A stretch of DNA of 64,000 nucleotides from an uncultured Verrucomicrobiae bacterium. GTDB lineage: Bacteria > Verrucomicrobiota > Verrucomicrobiia > Chthoniobacterales > UBA10450. This document shows, piece by piece, positions 1 through 8,746 of the stretch. Made by a program: the position numbers and the translations under genes. The stretch's first letter is position 1, and each line of letters starts with the position of its first letter. The stretch is taken from NCBI GenBank assembly GCA_963726745.1, contig CAVSDR010000003.1, positions 1,116,078 through 1,180,077 of the forward strand, written 5' to 3'. The notes under the pieces are model-generated. The model was not told the DNA's origin, did not search any database, and was given only the letters and a program-made list of their open reading frames with translations.

Positions 1-2
1 GG

Positions 3-848
3 GTGGTCGCGCTCACGGATGACGGCCATTGCGTGCAGAATAACGAGCTTATGCGCCGCGCGGTGGAGTATGCCCGCATGGTCGGCCTGCCGCTGCTGGA
101 TCATTGCCAGGATTACCAACTCGTCGGCGATGGGGTGGTGCATGAAGGCTATTGGAGCACGCTCCTGGGCCTGCCTGGCTGGCCGGCGGCAGGCGAGGAA
201 ATGATCGTCGCGCGCAACATCTTGCTGGCTGAACTCTGCGATCATCAGATCCATTGCCAGCACATCAGCGCCGCGGGAAGCGTGCGATTATTGCGCGAAG
301 CGCGCGCCCGCGGGGTCAAGATCAGCGGCGAAGTTTGCCCGCACCATCTGGCGTTGACTGACGAAGCGATCCAGAACTTCGACACGAATTACAAAATGAA
401 TCCGCCGCTGCGGACGCGCGCGGACATCGAGGCGCTGCTCGCGGGTTTGGCCGATGGCACGCTCGACATCCTCGCGAGCGACCATGCGCCGCACGCGAAA
501 TTTGAAAAGGAGCGCGAGTTCGACCAGGCGCCCTTCGGCATTCTCGGCCTGGAGACGGAGCTGGGGCTTTTCCTCGACTTGCTGGTGCACAAAACCAGGA
601 CGCTCGAGCTGCCGCAAGTGATCGCCATGTTGACGGCTAATCCGGCGCGCCTTTTGAAATTAGCCAGCGGGACGTTAAGCCCCGGCGCGGTCGCCGATGT
701 GACCCTGATCGATCCCGAGCTCGAGTGGACCGTGGACGCCGGGGAATCAGCCAGCCTCTCGTGCAACACGCCTTTCCACGGCTGGCAGCTCAAGGGCCGC
801 GCGGTGCGCACGATCGTCGCCGGGAAGACGGTCTGGGAATTGCCCTAG
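3..848 (+). CDS. pyrC: Dihydroorotase (type I), 5'-truncated by window edge
   Basis: Motifs DHCQD, HCQHIS, EVCPHHL, KMNPPLR, ASDHAPH, APFGILGLET, NPARLL, TPFHGWQLKG. Confidence 0.93.
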   Translation: MVALTDDGHCVQNNELMRRAVEYARMVGLPLLDHCQDYQLVGDGVVHEGYWSTLLGLPGWPAAGEEMIVARNILLAELCDHQIHCQHISAAGSVRLLREARARGVKISGEVCPHHLALTDEAIQNFDTNYKMNPPLRTRADIEALLAGLADGTLDILASDHAPHAKFEKEREFDQAPFGILGLETELGLFLDLLVHKTRTLELPQVIAMLTANPARLLKLASGTLSPGAVADVTLIDPELEWTVDAGESASLSCNTPFHGWQLKGRAVRTIVAGKTVWELP

Positions 849-870
849 GCCGCGCGTGACCTTCGCGGGC

Positions 871-900
871 AAAAAAAAGCGCGACCATCGCTGGTCGCGC
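871..900 (-). terminator. Intrinsic terminator of sRNA copy 1
   Basis: Minus strand GCGCGACCA-GCGA-TGGTCGCGC-TTTTTTTT. Confidence 0.88.
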
Positions 901-950
901 TGCGGAAGCTAAGGAGATGTTAGTTTTAGTTGGTGACTCCCAGTTCGCAG
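871..950 (-). ncRNA. Candidate sigma54-dependent small RNA, copy 1 (~80 nt)
   Basis: Lies between a -24/-12 promoter (961-976) and a 9-bp GC stem with GCGA loop plus U8; near-identical second copy at 2602-2682; no start codon/ORF inside the predicted transcript. Confidence 0.75.
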
Positions 951-960
951 GTTCTTCTTT

Positions 961-976
961 AGCAATGGCGGTGCCA
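961..976 (-). promoter_or_regulatory. Sigma54 (RpoN) -24/-12 promoter
   Basis: Minus strand TGGCAC-CGCCA-TTGCT, exact match to TGGCAC-N5-TTGC(W). Confidence 0.82.
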
Positions 977-1040
977 CGGCCGCGGCTGCGGGAATCTTTT
1001 TCGATAAAACTGTCAACGCCCTCAGCTTCGATTCCTTGGT

Positions 1041-1220
1041 ATGGACTCAAGCAATAAAGACAAAGCCGAAGGCAAGTTCGACCAGGCCGCCGGCGCGGTG
1101 AAGCAGAAGGCCGGTGAGCTGACCGGCAACAAGGAGCTCGAAGCCAAAGGCGCCGCGCAGAATGTGGCCGGCCACGTCGAGGAGAAGACGGGCGACGTGA
1201 AGAAAGTCTTCGGCAAATAA
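1041..1220 (+). CDS. CsbD/YjbJ-family stress protein, 59 aa (below ORF-track cutoff)
   Basis: Manual translation MDSSNKDKAEGKFDQAAGAVKQKAGELTGNKELEAKGAAQNVAGHVEEKTGDVKKVFGK; typical CsbD pattern. Confidence 0.88.
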   Translation: MDSSNKDKAEGKFDQAAGAVKQKAGELTGNKELEAKGAAQNVAGHVEEKTGDVKKVFGK

Positions 1221-1232
1221 CCGATAAAATAA

Positions 1233-1266
1233 GAAGCGCTGCGTCCCATCCGGAACGCAGCGCTTC
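1233..1266. terminator. Hairpin between convergent genes
   Basis: GAAGCGCTGCGT...ACGCAGCGCTTC, 12-bp inverted repeat. Confidence 0.7.
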
Positions 1267-1291
1267 GCTTCTCTAGCAGCGGAGCGTGGGT

Positions 1292-2536
1292 CTACTCCTC
1301 GCCGCCGTCGTCGTCGCTTCCACCGTCATCGCCGCCGTCGTCACCGCCATCATCATCCCCACCCTCGTCGTCACTGCCGCCATCATCGTCGTCTTCGCCG
1401 TCTCCGTCGAAGTCCTGGCCGTCATCGTCCGAATCGTCCTCCATGCTCTCCTCGTCCGCGCTGTCGTCTGATTCCACGGATTCATCGCTGTCCTCTTCGA
1501 CCGCCACTTCTTCCTGCTCTTCCGCGCTCATTTCGAAGGATTCGGTCTCGGCAAAGCTTTCCTCCGCTTCCATTTCCTCGGTGCTGATCTCCTCGGAGAT
1601 TTCGATGTCCTCGCTTACTTCGAGTTCCACCGCGGTTTCCGTTTCGCTCCACTCATAGCTTTCCTCGGTGGTGAACTCGGTGGAAGTCGACTCCCACTCG
1701 CTGGTGTAAGTGGAAACTTCGATCCACTCGCTGCGGTCGGCGCTGTTGACGTAATAATCGTAGCCGTAAAGCATGCCCTCGATCTCATCGATGAGGTAAA
1801 GCGTGGAAGTAAGTGCCGCCACGGTGAAGGGCGCGTCCACGATCCGACGCGCATCGTGCTTCATTTTCTTGATGCCCTTCAGCAGCGCCTTGTCCTTGCC
1901 CGCTTTCTTTTCCATCTGGTCGAGCTTCGCGATCAGCGCCTTTTGCTGCGCCTTCAGCTTCTCAAACTCGGCTTTTTCCTTGGCGCTTAACTCGCCGCCT
2001 TTTTTCCGGCGCGCTGCTTCCTTCGAGTAATCCGTCCGCAGGACGGCGAGCGCGTGGCCCATCTTCTTGCTCGCCTCGACCACCTTCTTGTTCTTCGAAT
2101 CGGTCAGCTCCCAGGCAATGGCCATTTGCTTGTCCGCGGTGCGCGCGTCGCTGATCCCGAGGAAGAAATCGTTGCTCTTTGCCTCGAGGCCTTTTTGCGC
2201 GCGATCAATCGCCTTGGAAACCTTTTGCACCGACTTCCAGAACGGCTTGTTCTTCGCCGTTTTCGGATCGAGCCCCTGGTCGGCGCGGGCTTCTTTGATC
2301 ATAAGAGCCAGCGCTTTGTTCGCCTTGGTCAGGAGTTCCCTGGCATTCGCTTTCTTGCCGCTGAGCTTCTTCTCCTTCTTCCCTTTCTTGTGCGTCTTTT
2401 TCGCTTCGCCGCTCTTGGCTTTCGCTTCGGCGGCCGCGCCGTGGGCGGTTAGGATAAGGCTGCGTTCCATTCCGAACCCGATGAGCACGGAGCACAGGGC
2501 GAGTCGGACCAATAAATTCGATTTTCGTTTGAGCAT
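1292..2536 (-). CDS. Exported protein with Lys-rich helical N-half and very acidic C-terminal tail
   Basis: Probable start MLKRKSNLLVRLALCSVLIG (signal-like); K/A-rich middle; last ~130 aa dominated by E/D/S/G. Confidence 0.8.
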   Translation of the reverse strand: MLKRKSNLLVRLALCSVLIGFGMERSLILTAHGAAAEAKAKSGEAKKTHKKGKKEKKLSGKKANARELLTKANKALALMIKEARADQGLDPKTAKNKPFWKSVQKVSKAIDRAQKGLEAKSNDFFLGISDARTADKQMAIAWELTDSKNKKVVEASKKMGHALAVLRTDYSKEAARRKKGGELSAKEKAEFEKLKAQQKALIAKLDQMEKKAGKDKALLKGIKKMKHDARRIVDAPFTVAALTSTLYLIDEIEGMLYGYDYYVNSADRSEWIEVSTYTSEWESTSTEFTTEESYEWSETETAVELEVSEDIEISEEISTEEMEAEESFAETESFEMSAEEQEEVAVEEDSDESVESDDSADEESMEDDSDDDGQDFDGDGEDDDDGGSDDEGGDDDGGDDGGDDGGSDDDGGEE

Positions 2537-2601
2537 GCGCGGCCCACCGTAGCAGACGGGACGCGGTTTACTGCATAATTCGCCGGGCGATGCTCCCGGG
2601 C

Positions 2602-2682
2602 AAAAAATAAGCGCGACCATCACTGGTCGCGCTGCGGAAGCTAAGGAGATAAGTTAGATAGTTGGTGACTCCCAGTTCGCAG
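2602..2682 (-). ncRNA. Candidate sigma54-dependent small RNA, copy 2
   Basis: Paralogue of 871-950 (offset 1732); same stem arms, terminator loop GTGA, tail TTATTTTTT. Confidence 0.72.
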
Positions 2683-2692
2683 CTCTTCTTAT

Positions 2693-2708
2693 AGCAGCCA
2701 CGGTGCCA
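2693..2708 (-). promoter_or_regulatory. Sigma54 -24/-12 promoter, copy 2
   Basis: Minus strand TGGCAC-CGTGG-CTGCT; GG and GC conserved at correct spacing while spacer differs from copy 1. Confidence 0.75.
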
Positions 2709-2732
2709 CGGCTTCCGAACCGCGAGAAAAAA

Positions 2733-4592
2733 CTACGTCTTGCCGGCAAAACTTTCCCACTCGGCGGTCACGCGTTCGAGTTCGGCCGCCACCCCGAGAA
2801 GCTCGCGGTTTAACTCCATCGCGTTTCCTCCGGCGTCGTAGGTTTCCGGCTTTTCCAACTGGGCGGTTAGTTCTTTCTGCCGGCCCTCCAGGGAAAGGAT
2901 ATGCATCTCGAGCTCGCGCGCTTTTTGTTCGTGCTCGCGCCTGGCTTTCGCTTCGGCCTTGCGCTGCTCGGCCTCGGCCCGGCGCAGTTGTTTCACTTCG
3001 CGCAGGCTCAGGTTTTCCGTCGAAGCGCTCGCCGCGGGTGCTTTCGGCGCGGTCGTCGGTTGCGCATTGCTCAAGGTCGTTCCGCTGGTCAGCGCGGCGC
3101 GCGCGGAAGTGGCGCGGGATTTATCGAGGTAATAATCGTAGTCGCCCGCGTAGGGCGTGAGCTGGCCGGCGCTGATGTGCAGGACGCTCTTCGCGACGGC
3201 GCGGATGAAATAAACGTCGTGGCTGATGAAAATGAGCGTGCCTTCGTATTGCGCGAGCGCGCCGACGAGGGCGTCGATGCTGCCGATGTCGAGGTGCGTC
3301 GTCGGCTCGTCCATCAAGAGGAGGTTCGGCGGATCCAGCAGCAACTTCACCAGGGCGAGGCGCGTCTTTTCGCCGCCGCTGAGGACGGCGGTCGTTTTGA
3401 AAACGTCGTCTCCGCGGAAAAGGAAGGAGCCGAGGACGGTGCGCGCGGTTTGTTCCGAGACCGGGTTCGGCATGTCGCGCGCGGTGTCGAGCACGGTCAT
3501 CATCGGCTGCAGCATCTCCACGCGGTGCTGCGCGAAGTAGCCGATCTTGACGTTGTGCCCGGGCTCGCGCGTCCCGCTTTGCACCGGGAGAACGCCGGCG
3601 AGGAGCTTGAGCAAAGTCGATTTGCCGGCGCCATTCGGGCCGACGAGGACGGTGCGCTGTCCGCGTTCAGCCTCGAAGTCTAACGACTCGTAAACCACGT
3701 GCTCGCCGTAGGCGTGGCGCACGTTCTCGAGCTTGATCACGCGATGCCCGCTGCGCGGCGGCTGCGGGAAGTGAAAGTGAACCGTCTTCTCGCGCGAGAC
3801 CGGCGCCTCGATCTTCTCCATCCGGTCGATTTGCTTCAGTTTGCTTTGCGCCTGCGACGCTTTGCTTGCCTTCGCGCGGAACCGATCGGCGAAGGCCTGG
3901 AGCGATTGGATTTCCTTCTGCTGATTCTTGTAAGCAGCGGCGTGCTGCTCTTCGCGCGCGGCTTTCTGCTCGACGTAGCTGTCCCAGTTTCCGCGGTAAC
4001 GCGCGAGCCGCTTGTGCGCGATCTCGATGATCGAGCCGACGAGCTGGTTCAGGAACTCGCGATCGTGCGAGATCATGAGGATCGCGCCCGGATAGCTCTT
4101 CAAATATTCCTGAAACCAGACGAGCGACTCGAGGTCGAGGTGGTTGGTTGGTTCGTCGAGCAGCAACAAGTCCGGCTCCATCACGAGCAGCCGCGCGAGA
4201 TGCGCGCGCATGATCCAGCCGCCGCTCAGTTCGCGCGCAGGGCGGTCGAAATCGCTCTCGCGAAAGGCGAGCCCGCTCAGGATCCGTTTCGCTTTCGGCT
4301 CGGTCTCCCAGTCGCTGTGCTCGTCGTAGTCGCCGCAGGCGAGCTTGAGCACGGTTTCCTCGCCGACGCTCGCGGTCTCCTGCGGGAGGAAGCCGAGCGT
4401 GGCCGATTTCTCGATCGAGACCTTGCCCTCGTCCGGCGAGGCCTCGCCGAGGATGAGCGAGAAAAGGGTCGACTTCCCCGCGCCGTTCGGGCCGACGAGC
4501 CCGATGCGATCGCCGCGATTCACCTGCAACGACGCATCCTCAAAAAGGGTGCGCCCGGCGAAGGCTTTCGAGACTTGGGAAATGGTGAGCAT
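2733..4592 (-). CDS. ABC-F family ATP-binding protein (YheS/Uup-like)
   Basis: Two ABC domains (GPNGAGKST x2, LSGG, LLDEPTNHLD, MDEPTTHLD), no TM segments, C-terminal coiled coil. Confidence 0.93.
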   Translation of the reverse strand: MLTISQVSKAFAGRTLFEDASLQVNRGDRIGLVGPNGAGKSTLFSLILGEASPDEGKVSIEKSATLGFLPQETASVGEETVLKLACGDYDEHSDWETEPKAKRILSGLAFRESDFDRPARELSGGWIMRAHLARLLVMEPDLLLLDEPTNHLDLESLVWFQEYLKSYPGAILMISHDREFLNQLVGSIIEIAHKRLARYRGNWDSYVEQKAAREEQHAAAYKNQQKEIQSLQAFADRFRAKASKASQAQSKLKQIDRMEKIEAPVSREKTVHFHFPQPPRSGHRVIKLENVRHAYGEHVVYESLDFEAERGQRTVLVGPNGAGKSTLLKLLAGVLPVQSGTREPGHNVKIGYFAQHRVEMLQPMMTVLDTARDMPNPVSEQTARTVLGSFLFRGDDVFKTTAVLSGGEKTRLALVKLLLDPPNLLLMDEPTTHLDIGSIDALVGALAQYEGTLIFISHDVYFIRAVAKSVLHISAGQLTPYAGDYDYYLDKSRATSARAALTSGTTLSNAQPTTAPKAPAASASTENLSLREVKQLRRAEAEQRKAEAKARREHEQKARELEMHILSLEGRQKELTAQLEKPETYDAGGNAMELNRELLGVAAELERVTAEWESFAGKT

Positions 4593-4683
4593 TTTTGCGG
4601 GCGGGCAATGTCGCCAGCCACGCCCGTGGCGCAAGATTGCCGGCTGAAATTGCCGTCTCCCGGAAGCGGCCTTAAGGAAGCGA

Positions 4684-6804
4684 ATGACGCAACGCCTCTT
4701 CGCTTTCGCTCTCCTCTGTGTTGGCGCCGCTTTCGGGAAGGAGCCGGCGAAACCCTTTGATTATCCCAAGCCGCCAACAAGCGAGCAGACCGATGACTAC
4801 CACGGCACGAAAGTGGCCGATCCGTACCGTCCGTTGGAGAACGCTGACTCGCCGGAGACGCGCGCCTGGATCGAGGCGGAAAACAAGGTGACTGAGGGTT
4901 ACCTCAGCCAGGTGCCCGAGCGTGCGAAAATCAAGGAACGCCTGACCGCGCTCTGGAACTACGAAAAATTTGGCGTCCCGACGCGTGAAGGCGATCGCTA
5001 TTTCTTCTCGAAGAACAGCGGCCTGCAAAACCAGAGCGTGCTTTATGTCGCGCCGAAGCTCCCGGCGACCGACGCGCGCGAGTTGCTCGACCCGAACACG
5101 CTCGCGAAGGACGGCACGATGGCGCTCACCGGCACCGACGTGACTGAGGACGGCAAGCTGATGGCCTACGGCCTGGCCGATGCGGGATCGGATTGGCAGA
5201 AGTGGAAAGTGCGCGACGTCGAGACCGGGAAGGATCTGCCGGATCAGATCGAGTGGGTGAAATTTTCCAGCGCTTCGTGGAAGCCAGATGGCTCGGGATT
5301 TTTCTACAGCCGCTACGACGAGCCGAAGGGCGAGGAATTGAAGGCGGCCAACTTCAATCACAAGCTCTACTTCCACAAAATGGGCACGCCGCAGAGCGAG
5401 GACGTGCTCGTCTACGAGCGGCCGGATCACAAGGACTGGCTCTTCCAGGGGCGCGTGACGGATGACGGCGCGTATCTGATCATCCACGTCGCGCGCGGGA
5501 CGGAATCGAAGAATCGCGTCTTCTATAAGGACCTGCGCGACCCGGAGGCGAAAGTGGTCGAGCTCCTGCCGAAGGAAGACGCGAAGTATGATTTCGTCGG
5601 CAACGACGGCGGCGTCTTCTGGTTCAACACCAACCTCGACGCGCCGCGCGGCCGGATCATCGCGATCGACACCGCCAAGCCGGACGCGATCAAGGAGCTG
5701 GTCCCGCAGACCGAGAACAAGCTCGAGAGCGTCTCGCTCGTGGCCGACAAGTTCGTCGCCAACTACCTGAAGGACGCGCATGCACTCGTTAGTCTGTATG
5801 ACTTGAACGGGAAGCCGTCGGGCGAGATCGCGCTCCCGGGGCTGGGCGCGGCCGATGGTTTCACCGGCAAGCGCAAGGACAGCGAGACCTTCTATCGCTA
5901 CGTCAGCTTCATCGCGCCGCCGACGATCTATCGCTACGACTTCAAGACTGGGAAAAGCGAGGCGCTCTTCAAGCCGAAGGTCGATTTCAATTCCGACGAC
6001 TACGTCACCGAACAGATCTTCTACAAGAGCAAGGACGGCACGAAGGTGCCGATGTTCATCACGCACAAGAAAGGCGTGAAGCCGGACGGCAATAACCCCA
6101 CGCTGCTCTACGGCTACGGTGGCTTCGACATCTCGGTCGTGCCGGAATTCCGTCCGGCGGTCGCAGCCTGGCTACAAGCGGGCGGCGTTTACGCTTCTGC
6201 GACTTTGCGCGGCGGCGGCGAGTACGGCGAAGCCTGGCATCTCGCGGGCACGAAGTTAACCAAGCAAAACGTCTTCGACGATTTCATCGCCGCCGGTGAA
6301 TGGCTGATCGCGAACAAGTGGACCTCGACGCCGAAGCTCGCGATCAACGGCCGGAGCAACGGCGGCCTGCTCGTGGGCGCCGCGCTCACGCAACGTCCCG
6401 ATCTCTGGGGCGCGGCATTGCCATATGTCGGCGTGCTCGATATGCTCCGCTTCCAGAAGTTCACCATCGGCTGGGCCTGGGCGTCGGATTACGGCTCGTC
6501 GGATAATCCGGAGGAGTTTGAGGCGATCTACAAATACTCGCCGCTGCACAACGTGAAGCCGGGGACGAAATATCCGCCGACCTTGATCGTGACCGCGGAT
6601 CACGACGACCGCGTTTTCCCGGGCCACAGCTTCAAGTTCGCCGCCGCCCTGCAAGCCGCGCAGGCCGGCGACGCGCCCATCTTGATCCGCATCGAGACGC
6701 GCGCGGGTCATGGCGCCGGCAAACCGACTTCGAAAGTGATCGAGGATTACGTCGACCAGTTCACCTTCCTGGTGAAGGCACTCGAGATGAAGCTCGCGTT
6801 CTAA
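4684..6804 (+). CDS. Prolyl oligopeptidase (S9A), exported
   Basis: Signal peptide; DPYRPLE, YGYGGF, GRSNGG (catalytic Ser), DHDDRV, AGHGAGK. Confidence 0.95.
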   Translation: MTQRLFAFALLCVGAAFGKEPAKPFDYPKPPTSEQTDDYHGTKVADPYRPLENADSPETRAWIEAENKVTEGYLSQVPERAKIKERLTALWNYEKFGVPTREGDRYFFSKNSGLQNQSVLYVAPKLPATDARELLDPNTLAKDGTMALTGTDVTEDGKLMAYGLADAGSDWQKWKVRDVETGKDLPDQIEWVKFSSASWKPDGSGFFYSRYDEPKGEELKAANFNHKLYFHKMGTPQSEDVLVYERPDHKDWLFQGRVTDDGAYLIIHVARGTESKNRVFYKDLRDPEAKVVELLPKEDAKYDFVGNDGGVFWFNTNLDAPRGRIIAIDTAKPDAIKELVPQTENKLESVSLVADKFVANYLKDAHALVSLYDLNGKPSGEIALPGLGAADGFTGKRKDSETFYRYVSFIAPPTIYRYDFKTGKSEALFKPKVDFNSDDYVTEQIFYKSKDGTKVPMFITHKKGVKPDGNNPTLLYGYGGFDISVVPEFRPAVAAWLQAGGVYASATLRGGGEYGEAWHLAGTKLTKQNVFDDFIAAGEWLIANKWTSTPKLAINGRSNGGLLVGAALTQRPDLWGAALPYVGVLDMLRFQKFTIGWAWASDYGSSDNPEEFEAIYKYSPLHNVKPGTKYPPTLIVTADHDDRVFPGHSFKFAAALQAAQAGDAPILIRIETRAGHGAGKPTSKVIEDYVDQFTFLVKALEMKLAF

Positions 6805-6809
6805 GCGCC

Positions 6810-7310
6810 ATGCAAAAAGTCCACCTGAGCGAAGTCCCCGAGGACGAACGCCGTTCGCCCGGAGGAGAATTTCACAAGTTCTGCAAAGACATCTCGGTCG
6901 CGCTCGGGCGCGAGCCGAAGTCATCCGATCTCGAGAAGCGGCACCCGTTCGACCTCGCGATGGTCCGGTTGCCGGAAGGCAAATCGTATTGCCCATATCA
7001 TGCGGAGAGCGCGCAGTGGGAACTCTACGTGATCGTGAGCGGCAAGGGGCGCATCCGCGATGCCAGCGGCACGCATGAGGTCAGCGAAGGTGACATCTTT
7101 CTCTTCAAGCCCGGCGAAGCGCACAAAATCTCCGCCGCGGCCGATGGCGCGCTGGTCTATTACGTGATCGCCGACAACCCGGTCGGCGACTCCTGTTATT
7201 ACCCGGACAGCGGGAAGTTCATGGTCCGGAAGGAAGGCGAAGAGGTGGTCGTGGTGAAAGGCAAAGAAGCCGATTACTACGACGGCGAAGAGCGCCCGGC
7301 GCAAAAATAG
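6810..7310 (+). CDS. Cupin domain protein
   Basis: PYHAESAQWELYVIVSGKG and GDIFLFKPGEAH cupin motifs, YYPDSGK. Confidence 0.85.
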   Translation: MQKVHLSEVPEDERRSPGGEFHKFCKDISVALGREPKSSDLEKRHPFDLAMVRLPEGKSYCPYHAESAQWELYVIVSGKGRIRDASGTHEVSEGDIFLFKPGEAHKISAAADGALVYYVIADNPVGDSCYYPDSGKFMVRKEGEEVVVVKGKEADYYDGEERPAQK

Positions 7311-7352
7311 CCGGCAACTTCAGCGCTGCGGAATTCGCGCTCTCCCGTCTGG

Positions 7353-7369
7353 GGTAACAGCGGCGTTAC
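7353..7369 (+). promoter_or_regulatory. Putative operator GGTAACAGCGGCGTTAC (GTNAC-N6-GTNAC)
   Basis: 16/17 identical to the reverse complement of 13051-13067; both lie upstream of genes in the same relative orientation. Confidence 0.6.
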
Positions 7370-7437
7370 GTCTCCCGTGTGGAGGACGCCCGCGCACTGG
7401 GGCAGAGTCGTTCGATCAAGGAACTGAAGCGAAAACT

Positions 7438-8679
7438 ATGAAACACTTATTCAACCTATTGGGCGTCATCGTCCTCCTGGCCCTCACGGCCACGGGGACC
7501 CGTGCGGGCGAAAGCCGGCGCGGTTTTTACGAAGGGGATCTCGCGGGCAACGGCAAGATCGTCTTCTTCGTGCAGGCAAACGAGAGCCTCTCCGTTTATG
7601 CCTTCGACAAGGCCGGGCAGCAGGTGAGCTACGCGGGCGGACCGATCGCCAGCAACGGCACCTTTAGCCTGACGACAAACAGCAATCAGCCGATCGCCGG
7701 CACGGTCTCGCGGGACACGATCAGCGCGACCTTCCTGGGCCAAAACATCACCGCGCAGCGCACGAAGGTGTTCGGCAAAGGCGAGCATTTCTCCGGGCGC
7801 TTCACCACGACGGCGCGGAGCGACAGCGGCGCCTCGCTGGATTTGAAGATTGTGATCGATGCGCAAGGAAACATCTTCCTCGTGACGAAACAGGGCTCCA
7901 CCGTTTTGGGTGGCTTTGGAACGATCACGCCGACGGCCTCGCCGAGCCCAAGCCCGAGTGCGACGCCTTCGGCCACGCCGAGGCCCAGCGCGACCCCAAC
8001 ACCAACGGCTTCGCCCACCCCGACCGCCACGCCATCACCATCGCCAAGGCATGGCGACGACGATGACGAAGGCGACGACCGCGGCGGCGGCCGTCACGGC
8101 TCCGAGGATCGCGACGATGCGGAGGATCGCTTCGAAGATGCGAGCCAGCCGACCTTTAACGCCACCTTCTCGGTCACGTTGGTGACCGGCCAGTTGGTCA
8201 CCGGCAATCTCACCTTCAGCCATGGGCTGCTCATGGGTGACCTGACGTTGAACGGCGTGATTTACCGCTTCCGCGCGCCGCAGCAGTCGTCGGCCAATCG
8301 GCTGGCTAATATCGCCACGCGCGGTTTTGTGAACACCGGCCAGGGCCAGCTGATCAGCGGGTTCATTATTCGCGGCGGGCCGAAGCTGGTCATCGTGCGC
8401 GCGATCGGGCCATCGCTGGCGGCCAAGGGCGTGAGCCCGGCGCTGGCCGACCCCGTGTTGCAGCTCTTCAACGACGGCACGCTCGTGCGCGAAAATGACG
8501 ACTGGCAAAGCGCGTCGAACGCGGACGACGTGATCACCAGTGGCGTGGCGCCGGAGAACGCGAAGGAAGCGGCGATCATGATCCGGCTGGAGCCGGGCGC
8601 TTACACCACCGTGGTCCGGGGCGCGAATGACGGCACCGGCATTGCCTTGGTGGAAGTCTACGAAGTCGCCCGCGACTAA
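7438..8679 (+). CDS. Secreted protein with Pro/Thr/Ser linker, acidic insert and C-terminal NIATRG-type domain
   Basis: Signal peptide; SPSPSATP repeats; HGDDDDEGDD; RLANIATRG...GFIIRG...VRAIGPSL...DPVLQL...NDDW...GIALVEVYE. Confidence 0.85.
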   Translation: MKHLFNLLGVIVLLALTATGTRAGESRRGFYEGDLAGNGKIVFFVQANESLSVYAFDKAGQQVSYAGGPIASNGTFSLTTNSNQPIAGTVSRDTISATFLGQNITAQRTKVFGKGEHFSGRFTTTARSDSGASLDLKIVIDAQGNIFLVTKQGSTVLGGFGTITPTASPSPSPSATPSATPRPSATPTPTASPTPTATPSPSPRHGDDDDEGDDRGGGRHGSEDRDDAEDRFEDASQPTFNATFSVTLVTGQLVTGNLTFSHGLLMGDLTLNGVIYRFRAPQQSSANRLANIATRGFVNTGQGQLISGFIIRGGPKLVIVRAIGPSLAAKGVSPALADPVLQLFNDGTLVRENDDWQSASNADDVITSGVAPENAKEAAIMIRLEPGAYTTVVRGANDGTGIALVEVYEVARD

Positions 8680-8702
8680 CGACCGCTTCACCGTCTAATC
8701 AA

Positions 8703-8740
8703 GGGAGCCCTCGCACGCTGGTGCGGGGGCTCTTTTTTTT
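8703..8740 (+). terminator. Intrinsic terminator
   Basis: GAGCCCTCGCAC...GTGCGGGGGCTC followed by T run. Confidence 0.85.
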
Positions 8741-8746
8741 AGCCGG

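Noticed and set aside
909..930. Link between the CTAAC words in the sRNA loop and the iterated GNCTAACGA motif
   Set aside because: The sRNA copies lack the G at -2 and the CGA flank; the overlap is only 4-5 nt and may be chance
1295..1450. (TCG/CCG/TCA)n-like low-complexity tract as an independent repeat element
   Set aside because: Explained by Asp/Gly codons of the acidic tail on the minus strand
2602..2708. Riboswitch or attenuator for the 2536-1292 gene
   Set aside because: The sibling copy has no downstream gene on its strand and no known aptamer is recognisable; read-through is not excluded
871..2712. The two direct repeats as attL/attR of an integrated element or as a CRISPR remnant
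   Set aside because: No integrase, tRNA or cas gene; only two copies 1.7 kb apart; conservation follows promoter, stem and terminator rather than a recombination core
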